A program made the position numbers and the translations under genes. The notes under the pieces were generated by a model. The model worked only from the letters and a program-made list of their open reading frames with translations. It was not told the origin of the DNA and ran no database searches. Shown here piece by piece: positions 1 to 9,686 of a DNA stretch of 62,816 nt (position 1 is its first letter; each line of letters opens with the position of its first letter). This stretch comes from Oscillospiraceae bacterium (GTDB taxonomy: Bacteria; Bacillota; Clostridia; Oscillospirales; Oscillospiraceae). Location of the stretch: contig CADCLH010000001.1 of NCBI GenBank assembly GCA_902802215.1, positions 17,327 through 80,142 of the forward strand. Direction: 5' to 3'.

Positions 1-2259
1 CCCTCCGTCAACGAGACGGAGGTCCGCCGCAGACTGGAGGAGACGAGCGCCGCGAAGACCATGATGGTCGTGCGCGGCAGCCCGTCCTTCTCCGGCGTGA
101 AGGACGTGCGCGCGTCGCTGGCCCGGGCGGATCTCGGCGGCGCGCTCAACACCCGGGAGCTGCTGGACATCGCGCGCGTGCTGCAATGCGCGCGTCTGGT
201 GCGCGGCTACCTCGCCGACGACTCGGTGGGCAAGACGCCGATCGACCACCTGTTCTCCGCCCTGCACGCCAACCGCTTCCTCGAGGAGAAGATCACCGGC
301 TCCATCGTGGGCGAGGATGAGATCGCGGACGCGGCCTCGCCGGAGCTCGCCACCATCCGCAGGCAGATGCGCGCCGCGGCGGCCAGAGCGCGCGAGGCGC
401 TGCAAAAGATCATCTCCTCCCCGAGCTACGCGAAGGTCTTGCAGGAGCCGATCATCACCCAGCGGGCCGACCGCTACGTGGTGCCGGTCAAGGCCGAGTG
501 CAAGGGCGCGATCAACGGTCTGGTGCACGATATCTCGGCCTCGGGCGCGACGCTCTTCATCGAGCCGATGGCGGCGGTCAAGGCCAACAACGAGCTGCGC
601 GAGCTCGCCGCCCGCGAGCGCGCCGAGATCGACCGCATCCTCGCCGAGCTCTCCGCCGACTGCGCCGAGCACCGCGAGGGCATCACCGAGGACTTCGAGC
701 TGCTGGTACGGCTCGACCTGATCTTCGCCAAGGCGAAGCTCTCCTACAAGCTCAACTGCGCGCAGGCGGCCATGGAGGGCGAGGGCATCGTCCTGCGCCG
801 CGCGCGGCATCCGCTGCTCGACCAGGCGAAGGCCGTGCCCATCGACGTGGAGCTGGGCGAGAGCTTCGACACCCTCGTCATCACCGGCCCCAACACCGGC
901 GGCAAGACGGTTTCGATCAAGACGATCGGACTGCTCGCCGCGATGCACCAGTGCGGCCTGCACATCCCGGCCGCGGACGGGAGCCGCCTGCCGGTCTTCT
1001 CGCACATCCTCGCGGACATCGGCGACGAGCAGAGCATCGAGCAGAGCCTGTCCACCTTCTCGGCGCACATGAGCAACATCGTGCGCATCCTCGAGGAATG
1101 CGACGAGCGCTCGCTGATCCTTTTCGACGAGCTCGGCGCGGGCACCGACCCCACCGAGGGCGCGGCCCTGGCCATCGCCGTGATCGAGCATGCAAGACGG
1201 CGCGGCGCGGTCATCGCCGCCACGACGCACTATGCGGAGCTCAAGGTCTACGCGACCAACGAGCCGGGCGTGCAGAACGCCTCCTGCGAGTTCGACGTGG
1301 AGACCCTTCAGCCGACCTACCGTCTGCTGGTCGGCATCCCCGGCAAGTCCAACGCCTTTGCGATCTCCCGGCGGCTCGGACTCGGCGACGAGATCATCGA
1401 GGACGCGAAAACGCGCGTGAGCACCGAGAGCGCCAGCTTCGAGGCCACGATCGAGAAGCTGGAGCAGACGAGGGTCCTGCTTGAAAAGGACCGCGAGGAG
1501 GCGGAGAAGAAGCTGCGCGAGGCGCAGGAGAACGCGAAAAAGGCGGCCTTCCTGCGGGCGGAGCTCGAAGTCCGGCTCGACAAGGCGGACACCAAGTCCC
1601 GCCGCGAGGCCGAGCGCATTTTGGCCGACGCCCGCGCCACGGCCGAGGAGGTCTTCCGCGAGCTCGACGAGATGCGCAAAATGGCGGATCAGGACGAGGA
1701 CGCCAGCCGCGTCAACGAGGCAAGGGCGCAGCTTAGGCGGCAGCTCAACCTGTCGCAGGAGGCTTTGCAGAAGGAGCTCCGTCCCGAGGAGGAAAACAAG
1801 GTCTCCGCGCGCCCGGTACGGCCCGGCGACACCGTGCGCATCAAGGCCATGGGCATGAAGGCGACGGTCGTCTCCAAAGCGAACGACGGGACGCTGACGC
1901 TTCGCGCCGGCATCATGAATGTCAGCGCGAAGGAGGACGAGGTGCTGCTGCTCGAGGACGAGGCGCCGAAGCAGAAAAAGGCCGCCGTCTCCGCGCCCGC
2001 CATGCACAGCGCCAGCATCTCGCCGGAGATCGATCTGCGCGGCATGGAGTCGATCGACGCGGTGATGGCCTGCGAACGCTACCTCGACAGCGCGGTGATG
2101 GCGAAGCTCAAGACCGTGACCGTCATCCACGGGAAAGGGACCGGCGCGCTGCGCGCCGCCGTGCAGCAGATGCTCAGAAAAAACAAGGCCGTCAAAAGCT
2201 TCCGCCTCGGCCGCTACGGCGAGGGAGAGAGCGGCGTGACCGTGGTCGAACTGAAATAA
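1..2259 (+). CDS. mutS2: Endonuclease MutS2 (5' end outside window)
   Basis: Frame 1 is open from nt 1 (PSVNETEVRRRLEETSAAKTMM...), so the true start lies upstream. Walker A GPNTGGKT, MutS ATPase core (LILFDELGAGTDP), long coiled coil, C-terminal Smr domain (IDLRG...VIHGKGTGALR). Confidence 0.9.
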   Translation, partial: PSVNETEVRRRLEETSAAKTMMVVRGSPSFSGVKDVRASLARADLGGALNTRELLDIARVLQCARLVRGYLADDSVGKTPIDHLFSALHANRFLEEKITGSIVGEDEIADAASPELATIRRQMRAAAARAREALQKIISSPSYAKVLQEPIITQRADRYVVPVKAECKGAINGLVHDISASGATLFIEPMAAVKANNELRELAARERAEIDRILAELSADCAEHREGITEDFELLVRLDLIFAKAKLSYKLNCAQAAMEGEGIVLRRARHPLLDQAKAVPIDVELGESFDTLVITGPNTGGKTVSIKTIGLLAAMHQCGLHIPAADGSRLPVFSHILADIGDEQSIEQSLSTFSAHMSNIVRILEECDERSLILFDELGAGTDPTEGAALAIAVIEHARRRGAVIAATTHYAELKVYATNEPGVQNASCEFDVETLQPTYRLLVGIPGKSNAFAISRRLGLGDEIIEDAKTRVSTESASFEATIEKLEQTRVLLEKDREEAEKKLREAQENAKKAAFLRAELEVRLDKADTKSRREAERILADARATAEEVFRELDEMRKMADQDEDASRVNEARAQLRRQLNLSQEALQKELRPEEENKVSARPVRPGDTVRIKAMGMKATVVSKANDGTLTLRAGIMNVSAKEDEVLLLEDEAPKQKKAAVSAPAMHSASISPEIDLRGMESIDAVMACERYLDSAVMAKLKTVTVIHGKGTGALRAAVQQMLRKNKAVKSFRLGRYGEGESGVTVVELK

Positions 2260-2315
2260 AAAGCCATTTTCCGGAAGATAAATCATGTGGAATATCACGA
2301 ATCAGTCGAAACCTG

Positions 2316-2344
2316 TTGACGATTGCGGGAGAGTTTGATAAAAT
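2316..2344 (+). promoter_or_regulatory. Sigma-A type promoter upstream of ptsH
   Basis: TTGACG (2316-2321), 17 nt spacer, TAAAAT (2339-2344), about 40 nt before the ptsH start. Confidence 0.5.
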
Positions 2345-2386
2345 AAGATCACAAATTCCTATATGGATGTTTAAGGGGTGGCAAGT

Positions 2387-2650
2387 ATGATAACCAAAGA
2401 GGTAGTCATCAACAATCAGGTAGGTCTCCATGCCAGACCCGCGACTTTCTTCATTCAGAAGGCCAATGAGTTCAAGAGCAGCATCTGGGTCGAGAAGGAA
2501 GAGAGACGTGTGAATGCCAAGAGCCTTCTGGGCGTTCTTTCCCTCGGAATCGTGAAGGGCACTGCCATTACCATCATTGCCGACGGCACCGACGAGGAAG
2601 AGGCTATTGCGACGCTCTCGGAACTGATCGACTCTGACTTCTCCGAGTAA
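2387..2650 (+). CDS. ptsH: Phosphocarrier protein HPr
   Basis: 87 aa. GLHARPA with His15 and NAKSLLGV with Ser46. AAGGGG SD 8 nt before ATG 2387 (the ORF track starts at GTG 2378). Confidence 0.9.
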   Translation: MITKEVVINNQVGLHARPATFFIQKANEFKSSIWVEKEERRVNAKSLLGVLSLGIVKGTAITIIADGTDEEEAIATLSELIDSDFSE

Positions 2651-2665
2651 TCCGATACTGAGGCA

Positions 2666-2697
2666 GGGGCGCGTGCGGATGCACACGCCCCTTTTTC
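2666..2697 (+). terminator. Rho-independent terminator after ptsH
   Basis: GGGGCGCGTGC / GCACACGCCCC stem (10 of 11 pairs), GGAT loop, followed by TTTTT. Confidence 0.7.
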
Positions 2698-2774
2698 TTG
2701 TATCCCCGGATTACGCGGGCCCGGTCCGCATACGCGTTGCGGCACGACATGGATGCACGGAATGAGGCGAACGG

Positions 2775-5246
2775 ATGGAGACCAGAAATCACTACAGCGC
2801 ATTTATTTCCTATCGTCACCTTGAAAACGATCAGAGAGCCGCAGAGCAGCTGCAGAGCCTTCTGGAAAACTACCGTCAGCCGAAGGGCGTCGCGGACGGA
2901 AAGCGGATCGGCCGGATCTTTCGGGACACGTCCGAGCTGCCGGCAAGCCGCGATCTGGACCGCGCGCTGGAGGAAGCGCTGCTGGATTCGGATTATCTGA
3001 TCCTGATCCTGTCTGAGAAGACGAAGGATTCAAAGTGGTGCATGGAGGAGCTGCGGCGCTTCAAGGAGGCGCACGGCGGCAGCATCCGGGAAGTGCTTCC
3101 CGTCCTCGTCTCCGGCGAACCGGAGGAGGTCTTCCCGGAGGAGCTGCGCTGCGAGGAACGGACCGTGTCCGAACCGTCCGGCGGCGAGAGACGGGTTATA
3201 GTCGAGGTGGAGCCGGTCTGCGCCGACATCCGCGCGGGCAGTGCCCGGGAACAGAAGAAGAGATTGCGGACGGAGTTCCTTCGTCTGGCGGCGCCGATGC
3301 TGGGCGTCGGCTTTGATGACCTCTACCGGCGGCAGTACAGGCGGCGCAGGCGATTGACAGCCTGGATCCTGAGCGGGTGCTTTGCACTCCTGCTGCTGCT
3401 GCTTGGGGTGATCGGAACGGCGTATCTGCGCGTCTCCTCCTCAGAAAGGCAAATCTTCCGTCAGATGGTCCTCGGCCACGTGGAGGCCGGACTTCGCGCC
3501 AGCTCCGCGGGAGACGGAGAGGAAGCGATGGCGTACTTCGCGAAGGCGCTCAGCGAGGACCCGGAGAACAAGATGGCACAGGTCGGCGCACTTGTCCAGC
3601 TGCAGAGGCAGGCCTGGCTGTACGAGATCGGGGAAACCGAAGAAGAGAAAAAGGATCCCGTTATGCCGCCCGCATTTCTGGCGGAAAATATGACGATGAT
3701 CTCCTGGCCGGAGACGGGACACGGCGTTTTTGCTTTCGCGGGGGAAAACACGGTCTGCGTGTGGCTTTCCGAAACGGATGCGTATTATGCGCTTGCGCGC
3801 GTATCGCAGGAATACCGTTCCGATCCGGGTCGGCTGCGCGCCGCCGCGATCATGACAGAGGACAGCGCGACGATCGTTTTGCAGGAGGGGAAATACGCGG
3901 CGTTCTTCTGGGGAGACGGCGACCCGAAGAAGGCGGGATTCCATACATGCACGCTTTCTCATGTATATGATCTGGAAAAAGAGGATCTCTTTAATAACAG
4001 GGCGGACGTTTTTCTTCCCGGCTATCCTTACGCCGCCGAGGAGCTGGCATTTCTGGAAAACGGCTGTAAGCCCGGTCTGCCGAAGGCGGACATGGAGCTC
4101 GGCCCGTGCAGACCCGGTATCTGGTCATGTCCGGGGGCCGGATTTGTCGTTCGCTATTTTGACACGGTCATGGCGCTTACGCCGAAAAACGGGGTGTGGG
4201 ATTCCCGGAAGACTTTCAGCTCCTATGTCCAGGATATCGCACTGAGCCCCGCTTTCGAGGGGTATGCGGTCGTCACGGCATCCCGATGGAGCAGAGGCAC
4301 GCGCGGAAATATTGTGAGTGCGTTCAGCAATTACGGCATCCTGCGCGGAGAAAGCGCGGAGGAACCCCGTTTTGCCTACAGAAGTTTATGCTTTGACAAT
4401 ACAGGGAACTATCTTCTGTGGGCAGATACCGGCGTCCTGCAGATGCTCAATTCCAACGAGCTCGGCACTGCCGCAGCTCCTCTGTATATCCATGACATTG
4501 AAAGCGCCTCCGTAACACAGGAGGATCAGATCCTGCTGAAAACGAAGGAGAAAACCCTTCTCTATGATGCGGTTGGCTTCCGCTGCGATACGGAGCAGAC
4601 CTACACGCAGAAGATGCTGGCTGTTGATCTGGAAAGGCGGCCGGATCTGAGAGGTTATACACCGCCCCGGGAATACAGCGAGGACGGAGAAATCGTAAGC
4701 GCGTGCAGCTTTGACGGCGGCTTCGCCGTGCTCGTACCCGGGAACGTCGTACTGATCTATCTCGACGGGCAGACGGAGCCTGCCGCGGTTGTTGAGCTCG
4801 AACACGGCGACAATGTCGCAAACGGCCTCGCGGTGAGCCCGGAGGGCTGGCTGTGCGCCGTCTCCTTCTCCCAGACCGTGTCCAATCTGGAGGAGGGAAA
4901 GAAATCCTTCTGGGCGGTGGAGATCTGGAACTGGAAAGAAAACCGCTGCCTCGCCGATCTCGGAAACAGGCTGCGCTACGGCACAGATCAGGTGTTCGCA
5001 CCGCGCTTCCCGGAGCCGAACCTTCTCTGCTATTGCGAAAACAACAAGGTACGAACGATCCTGCTCGACGCGGAAACACCGGATGAAGAGACTGTGGCCG
5101 CGCTGCAGGAGCTTGCGGGAATACGGCTTGACGACAGCCAGACGCTGCAGAAGACAGCGCCTCATTTTCCCGGGAGACTGGGAAACTGGGAGCAGTACGT
5201 CCATTCTTTCAAGCCACTGGCAAAAGCCGCGGGCAATCAAGACTGA
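2775..5246 (+). CDS. TIR-domain membrane protein (N-terminal TIR, one TM helix, TPR-like plus large repeat-like C-terminal region)
   Basis: aa 7-135 FISYRH...LILILSEKTKDSKWCMEEL matches the TIR_2 pattern, including the WCxxEL glutamate. Arg-rich stretch YRRQYRRRRRL, then TM LTAWILSGCFALLLLLLGVIGTAYL (aa 194-218). AMAYFAKALSEDPENKMAQ is TPR-like. About 550 further aa have no motif I recognise. Confidence 0.8.
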   Translation: METRNHYSAFISYRHLENDQRAAEQLQSLLENYRQPKGVADGKRIGRIFRDTSELPASRDLDRALEEALLDSDYLILILSEKTKDSKWCMEELRRFKEAHGGSIREVLPVLVSGEPEEVFPEELRCEERTVSEPSGGERRVIVEVEPVCADIRAGSAREQKKRLRTEFLRLAAPMLGVGFDDLYRRQYRRRRRLTAWILSGCFALLLLLLGVIGTAYLRVSSSERQIFRQMVLGHVEAGLRASSAGDGEEAMAYFAKALSEDPENKMAQVGALVQLQRQAWLYEIGETEEEKKDPVMPPAFLAENMTMISWPETGHGVFAFAGENTVCVWLSETDAYYALARVSQEYRSDPGRLRAAAIMTEDSATIVLQEGKYAAFFWGDGDPKKAGFHTCTLSHVYDLEKEDLFNNRADVFLPGYPYAAEELAFLENGCKPGLPKADMELGPCRPGIWSCPGAGFVVRYFDTVMALTPKNGVWDSRKTFSSYVQDIALSPAFEGYAVVTASRWSRGTRGNIVSAFSNYGILRGESAEEPRFAYRSLCFDNTGNYLLWADTGVLQMLNSNELGTAAAPLYIHDIESASVTQEDQILLKTKEKTLLYDAVGFRCDTEQTYTQKMLAVDLERRPDLRGYTPPREYSEDGEIVSACSFDGGFAVLVPGNVVLIYLDGQTEPAAVVELEHGDNVANGLAVSPEGWLCAVSFSQTVSNLEEGKKSFWAVEIWNWKENRCLADLGNRLRYGTDQVFAPRFPEPNLLCYCENNKVRTILLDAETPDEETVAALQELAGIRLDDSQTLQKTAPHFPGRLGNWEQYVHSFKPLAKAAGNQD

Positions 5247-5263
5247 TTCAGGTGAAGATCGAC

Positions 5264-6121
5264 ATGACAAAAGAAAGAACCGCAACCCTGCAAATGCTGC
5301 TGTGCGCCGCGCTGTGGAGCATCGCGGGCATCTTCATCAAGCTCATCCCCTGGAACGGCTTTGCCGTGGCCGGGATGCGCAGCCTGGTAGCCGGCATCAC
5401 GATCTACATCAGCATGCGCGTGATGGGCTACCGCTACGTCCTCAACCGAAAAACCCTGATCGCCGGCTTCTTTTCCGGCTGCACCTACCTGTGCTTCGTC
5501 ACGGCCAACAAGCTGACGACCTCCGCCAACGCCATCGTGCTGCAATTCACCTCGCCGGTCTTTATCGTGATCTATTCGGCGCTGATCTTCAAAAAACCCG
5601 TGCGCAAATGGGATCTTGCGGTCGTGGTGCTGACGCTCGCGGGCATCGCGCTGTTTTTCCTCGACCAGCTCAAACCGGGCTACATCCTCGGCAACTTCGT
5701 CGCCATCGCCGCGGGCATGTTCATGGCGGGTATGTTCGTCGCGGTCGGAGAGCTCAAGGCGGAGGAGCGCTTCTCCGGCATCCTCAACGGCCAGATCCTC
5801 ACCTTCCTCGTCGGCTTTCCGGTCTTTCTGATCACGAAGCCGGAGATCACGGGCACGGCGGTGATCTCGATCCTGATCCTCGGCGTGTTCCAGCTCGGCC
5901 TGTCCTATGTGCTCTACGTCAAGGCGAGCGAGTACTGCCCGCCGCTGGCCTGCTGCCTGCTCGGCGCGGTCGAGCCGCTTCTGAACCCCGTGTGGGTGGC
6001 GATCTTCGACGGGGAGAAGCCGGGCGTCTTCGCGCTCATCGGCGCGGTCATCGTCATCGTCTCCATCACCGTGTGGAGCATCTTCGGACAGGAGAAACAG
6101 GAGAAACGACAGGAGAGCTGA
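5264..6121 (+). CDS. EamA/DMT-family transporter
   Basis: About 10 hydrophobic segments with two EamA-like halves (LWSIAGIFIKL..., ...LGAVEPLLNPVWVAIF). ATG 5264 is preceded by a GGTGA SD; the ORF track starts at GTG 5252. Confidence 0.75.
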   Translation: MTKERTATLQMLLCAALWSIAGIFIKLIPWNGFAVAGMRSLVAGITIYISMRVMGYRYVLNRKTLIAGFFSGCTYLCFVTANKLTTSANAIVLQFTSPVFIVIYSALIFKKPVRKWDLAVVVLTLAGIALFFLDQLKPGYILGNFVAIAAGMFMAGMFVAVGELKAEERFSGILNGQILTFLVGFPVFLITKPEITGTAVISILILGVFQLGLSYVLYVKASEYCPPLACCLLGAVEPLLNPVWVAIFDGEKPGVFALIGAVIVIVSITVWSIFGQEKQEKRQES

Positions 6122-6124
6122 GAA

Positions 6125-7993
6125 ATGGCCAATCCCGTGCTCGACAATCTCAGAGACAAAGCCAACCGACTGCCGCTGCTGCCGGGCGTGTACATCATGC
6201 TCGACGAGCAGGGGCAGGTCATCTATGTGGGGAAGGCCAAGAGGCTCAAAAACCGCGTCAGCAGCTACTTCCACGGCGAGCACCTGCCCAAGGTCGCCGC
6301 CATGGTCGACAAGGTGCGCGACTTCAACGTCATCGTCGCCGCCAGCGAGTTTGAAGCGCTCGTGCTCGAAAACTCCCTGATCAAGCAGCACAAGCCGCAT
6401 TACAACATCCTGCTCAAGGACGACAAGGGCTATCCCTTTATCCGCCTCGACCTGCGCGAGGAGTACCCGGTCATGCGTCTGGTCAGCCGCGCGGGACAGG
6501 ACGGCGCGAAGTACTTCGGCCCCTTCGGCGGGCGGAGCCAGACGCGGGACATCATCACCACCGTCTCCAGAGCCCTGCTGCTGCCGGACTGCACCCGCCG
6601 CTTCCCGCGCGATATCGGGAAGGAGAGGCCCTGCCTCAACTATCACATGGGCGCCTGCGCGGGCTGGTGTCTGAAGGACAGCGACGCGAAGGATTACCGC
6701 CGCCGCATGGAGCAGGCAGCCCTCATCCTCGACGGCAGGAGCCGCGAACTGATCGGACAGCTCAAAGAGAGCATGGAGCAGGCCGCCGGGGAGCTTCGCT
6801 TCGAGCGGGCCGCCGAGCTGCGCGACCGGATGCGGGCCATTGAGAGCCTCGAGAACCGGCAGCGCGTCATCGCCACGGCCTTCGCCGATACCGACGCCGT
6901 CGGCTTCGCGCGCGGAGCAAAAAGCTGCTTTGCGGTGCTGCATTTTGTGGACGGGAATCTGGTCGGCAAGGACGCGGAGATGATGGACGAGCCGCTCGAG
7001 GACGACGGCGAGGCCCTGTCCGGGCTCGTGCGCCAGTACTACGGCGCGCACCGCGGCGGCTGGCCGAGGTCCATCCTGCTGCCGACCGAGCCCGAGGACG
7101 CGCAGGAGCTCGAAGCCCTGCTGAGCGAATACGCCGGCAGGCGCGTCTATATCGAGACGCCGAAGCGCGGCGAGCGCCTGCGCCTGATCGAGAGCGCGCA
7201 GCTCAACGCGCGCGAGGAGATCCTGCGCCGCACCACCGCCGCCCAGCGGCGGAGCAAGACGCTGGAATGGCTCCAGAAGGCGCTGGAGCTCGACGCCTTT
7301 CCGCGGCGCATCGAAGCCTTCGACATCTCCAACCTCGGCGCGGACGGCATCGTCGCGGCCATGACCGTGCACGTCGACGGCAAGCCGCTCAAGCGCGACT
7401 ACCGGAAGTTCCGCATCCGCGATCTCGACGGCCCCGACGACTACGCCAGCATGCATCAGGCGGTGCTCCGCCGCTTTGCGCGCGCGAAGGACGGAGACGA
7501 GAAGTTCACGTCCCTGCCCGACCTGCTGCTGATCGACGGCGGCGACGCCCACGCGGCCTCCGCCGAGCGGGCGCTCGGAGAACTGGGGCTGTCGGTCCCG
7601 GTGTTCGGCATGGTCAAGGACGACCGCCACCGCACCCGGGCGCTGATCGATTCCACCGGGCGGGAGATCGGCATTCAGGGCAATCAGGCGGTCTTCGCCC
7701 TCGTGGGACGCATCCAGGAGGAGACGCACCGCTTCGCGATCGAATACCAGCGCTCGCTGCGCAGCGAGGGCTTCGCGTCCAAGCTCGACGAGATCCCGGG
7801 CGTCGGCGCCAAGCGCAGGGCCGATCTCATCAAGGCGTTCAAATCGCTCAAAGCCGTGCGCGAGGCGAGCGTCGAACAGCTCGCGCAGGCGGTGCCGAAA
7901 AACACCGCCCGCGCCGTGTACGATCACTTTCATCCGGAGGGGGAGAACAACGCATGCGCGTCATCACCGGCTCTGCCCGGGGCAGAAGACTGA
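6125..7993 (+). CDS. uvrC: Excinuclease ABC subunit C
   Basis: GIY-YIG N-terminus (PGVYIMLDEQGQVIYVGKAKRLKNRVSSYF), UVR motif (ELRFERAAELRDRMRAI), RNase H-like endonuclease domain, C-terminal HhH (IPGVGAKRRADLIKAF). Confidence 0.95.
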   Translation: MANPVLDNLRDKANRLPLLPGVYIMLDEQGQVIYVGKAKRLKNRVSSYFHGEHLPKVAAMVDKVRDFNVIVAASEFEALVLENSLIKQHKPHYNILLKDDKGYPFIRLDLREEYPVMRLVSRAGQDGAKYFGPFGGRSQTRDIITTVSRALLLPDCTRRFPRDIGKERPCLNYHMGACAGWCLKDSDAKDYRRRMEQAALILDGRSRELIGQLKESMEQAAGELRFERAAELRDRMRAIESLENRQRVIATAFADTDAVGFARGAKSCFAVLHFVDGNLVGKDAEMMDEPLEDDGEALSGLVRQYYGAHRGGWPRSILLPTEPEDAQELEALLSEYAGRRVYIETPKRGERLRLIESAQLNAREEILRRTTAAQRRSKTLEWLQKALELDAFPRRIEAFDISNLGADGIVAAMTVHVDGKPLKRDYRKFRIRDLDGPDDYASMHQAVLRRFARAKDGDEKFTSLPDLLLIDGGDAHAASAERALGELGLSVPVFGMVKDDRHRTRALIDSTGREIGIQGNQAVFALVGRIQEETHRFAIEYQRSLRSEGFASKLDEIPGVGAKRRADLIKAFKSLKAVREASVEQLAQAVPKNTARAVYDHFHPEGENNACASSPALPGAED

Positions 7994-8496
7994 AAACGCC
8001 CGAGGGCATGGATATCCGGCCCACGACCGACAACGTCAAGGAGTCCGTTTTCAACATCCTCCAGTTCGATATCGAGGGGCGGCGCGTGCTCGACCTCTTC
8101 GCGGGCACCGGCCAGCTCGGCATCGAGTGTCTCAGCCGCGGCGCGCGTGAGGCCGTGTTCATCGACCAGAGCCGCGAGGCCGTGAAGATCATCCGCGAAA
8201 ACCTCAAAGCCTGTGGCTTCTCGGCCCCCGTTTTGCAGCAGGACGCGCTGGACTACCTGCGGCAGGGCGGGAAGTTCGACCTGATTTTCCTCGATCCGCC
8301 CTACGACGCGGGGCTGTACGCGCCCGTGCTCGAAAGGATCAATTCGGTTGACAACTTGTCGGATGGTGGTATAATATTATGCGAATCGCGGCGCGAGACC
8401 CCGCTTCCGGAGATGCGGCCCCCGTACCGGAAGAAGAAGGAGTACCGCTACGGAAAAGTAAAGCTCTGCCTTTACGTGAAGGAGACGCAGGAATGA
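7954..8496 (+). CDS. rsmD: 16S rRNA (guanine966-N2)-methyltransferase RsmD
   Basis: MRVITGSARGRRLKTPEG...RPTTDNVKESVFNIL, SAM motif VLDLFAGTGQLGIE, DPPY motif. GGAGGGGGA SD before ATG 7954. Overlaps the uvrC 3' end. Confidence 0.9.
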   Translation: MRVITGSARGRRLKTPEGMDIRPTTDNVKESVFNILQFDIEGRRVLDLFAGTGQLGIECLSRGAREAVFIDQSREAVKIIRENLKACGFSAPVLQQDALDYLRQGGKFDLIFLDPPYDAGLYAPVLERINSVDNLSDGGIILCESRRETPLPEMRPPYRKKKEYRYGKVKLCLYVKETQE

Positions 8497-8984
8497 GGAC
8501 AGCCATCTGCCCCGGCAGCTTCGATCCGATCACGCTCGGACACCTGAACATCATCCGCCGGGCCGCGGCGATCTTCGATCAGGTCGTCGTGTGCGTGACC
8601 GTCAACTCCGAAAAGACCTCGCCGATGTTCACCAATGAGGAGAAGATCGACATGGTCCGCAGGGCCGTCGCCAAGTACCCGAACGTCAGCGTCGACTCCT
8701 GCGGCATCCTTCTGGCCGAGTTTGTCCGGAAGTACGAGAACCCCGTCCTCATCAAGGGACTGCGCGCCGCCTCGGATTTCGACTACGAGTTCCAGATGGA
8801 CCTGGTCAACAAGCGCATCAATCCCTGCCTCGAGACCATGTTCCTCACCGCCGACCGGAAGTACACCTTCCTCAGCTCCTCCATCGTCCGCGAGATGGCC
8901 CGCTACGGCGCCGATCTCAAGGGCCTCGTCCCGGATGAGCTGATCGGCTTCATCGAAGAAAAAGCAACGATCCGGAGGGCTTGA
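8493..8984 (+). CDS. coaD: Phosphopantetheine adenylyltransferase
   Basis: MRTAICPGSFDPITLGHLNII (T/HxGH nucleotidyltransferase motif), ...ISSSIVREMARYG. ATGA overlap with the rsmD stop. Confidence 0.95.
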   Translation: MRTAICPGSFDPITLGHLNIIRRAAAIFDQVVVCVTVNSEKTSPMFTNEEKIDMVRRAVAKYPNVSVDSCGILLAEFVRKYENPVLIKGLRAASDFDYEFQMDLVNKRINPCLETMFLTADRKYTFLSSSIVREMARYGADLKGLVPDELIGFIEEKATIRRA

Positions 8985-8988
8985 TCCT

Positions 8989-9612
8989 ATGCCAAACAAC
9001 GATATCATCGAACTGCTGGACGTCCTGTACGGCATGGTCACCGAGGCATGGAGCGTCCCGCTCGGCAACGACAAGTGCATCATCGAACGGGAAAAGGCCG
9101 TCGAGATCATCAATGAGATCAAGGCCAATCTGCCGACCGCCATTGCCGAGGCCCAGCGCCTCGTCTCCGCCCGCGACGAGTTTATCGGCAACGCCAAGCG
9201 CGAGGCCGAGGCCCTGCGCAAAAACGCCGAGGAACAGGCCCACGCCATGATCGAGGAGCAGGAGGTCGTGCGCGTGGCGCGTGCCCGCAGCAGCGAGATG
9301 ATCGCCTCCGCCGAGGCCAAGTCCAAGGAGCTCAAGCGCGTCGCCAGCGAGTACGTGGACGAGCTGATGCGCCAGAGCGAGCAGAGCATGAGCGAGGCCC
9401 TCGAGACCATACGCAGGGCGCAGAGCTCCTTCCAGTCGCTCGGCGGCGGGATCGTGCAGCAGCCGCAGCCTCAGCAGCAGACGCAGCCCGCCCGGCAGAG
9501 CCAGCCGCCGCGGCAGCAGCCCAAGAACGCCGCGCAGCGTCAGGCGCCGCAGGGCCGTCCCGATCCCATCTCCTCCAAGGTGCAGCGCATCGACAGGGAA
9601 GAGGAAGCGTAA
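8989..9612 (+). CDS. Hypothetical coiled-coil protein (resembles ATP-synthase b/H stalk-like proteins), Gln/Pro-rich C-terminus
   Basis: GGAGGG SD. Long heptad-like helical sequence (AEAQRLVSARDEFIGNAKREAEALRKNAEEQA...), tail QQPQPQQQTQPARQSQPPRQQP. Function not identifiable by eye. Confidence 0.5.
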   Translation: MPNNDIIELLDVLYGMVTEAWSVPLGNDKCIIEREKAVEIINEIKANLPTAIAEAQRLVSARDEFIGNAKREAEALRKNAEEQAHAMIEEQEVVRVARARSSEMIASAEAKSKELKRVASEYVDELMRQSEQSMSEALETIRRAQSSFQSLGGGIVQQPQPQQQTQPARQSQPPRQQPKNAAQRQAPQGRPDPISSKVQRIDREEEA

Positions 9613-9631
9613 CGCAGCAAAGCGAAAACAA

Positions 9632-9669
9632 CAGCGCATCCGCAGAAAAACGCGGATGCGCTGTTTTTG
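9632..9669. terminator. Bidirectional rho-independent terminator
   Basis: CAGCGCATCCGC / GCGGATGCGCTG perfect 12-bp stem, followed by TTTTTG and preceded by an A-rich run. Sits between convergent genes. Confidence 0.8.
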
Positions 9670-9686
9670 CGCCCGGAAAGGCGCTG

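Noticed and set aside
5237-7933. 898-aa ORF antisense to the EamA transporter and uvrC genes
   Set aside because: This is a typical high-GC shadow ORF. Its translation is low-complexity and rich in Arg, Gly, Ala and Asp. It has no SD and lies entirely opposite two genes with unmistakable family motifs.
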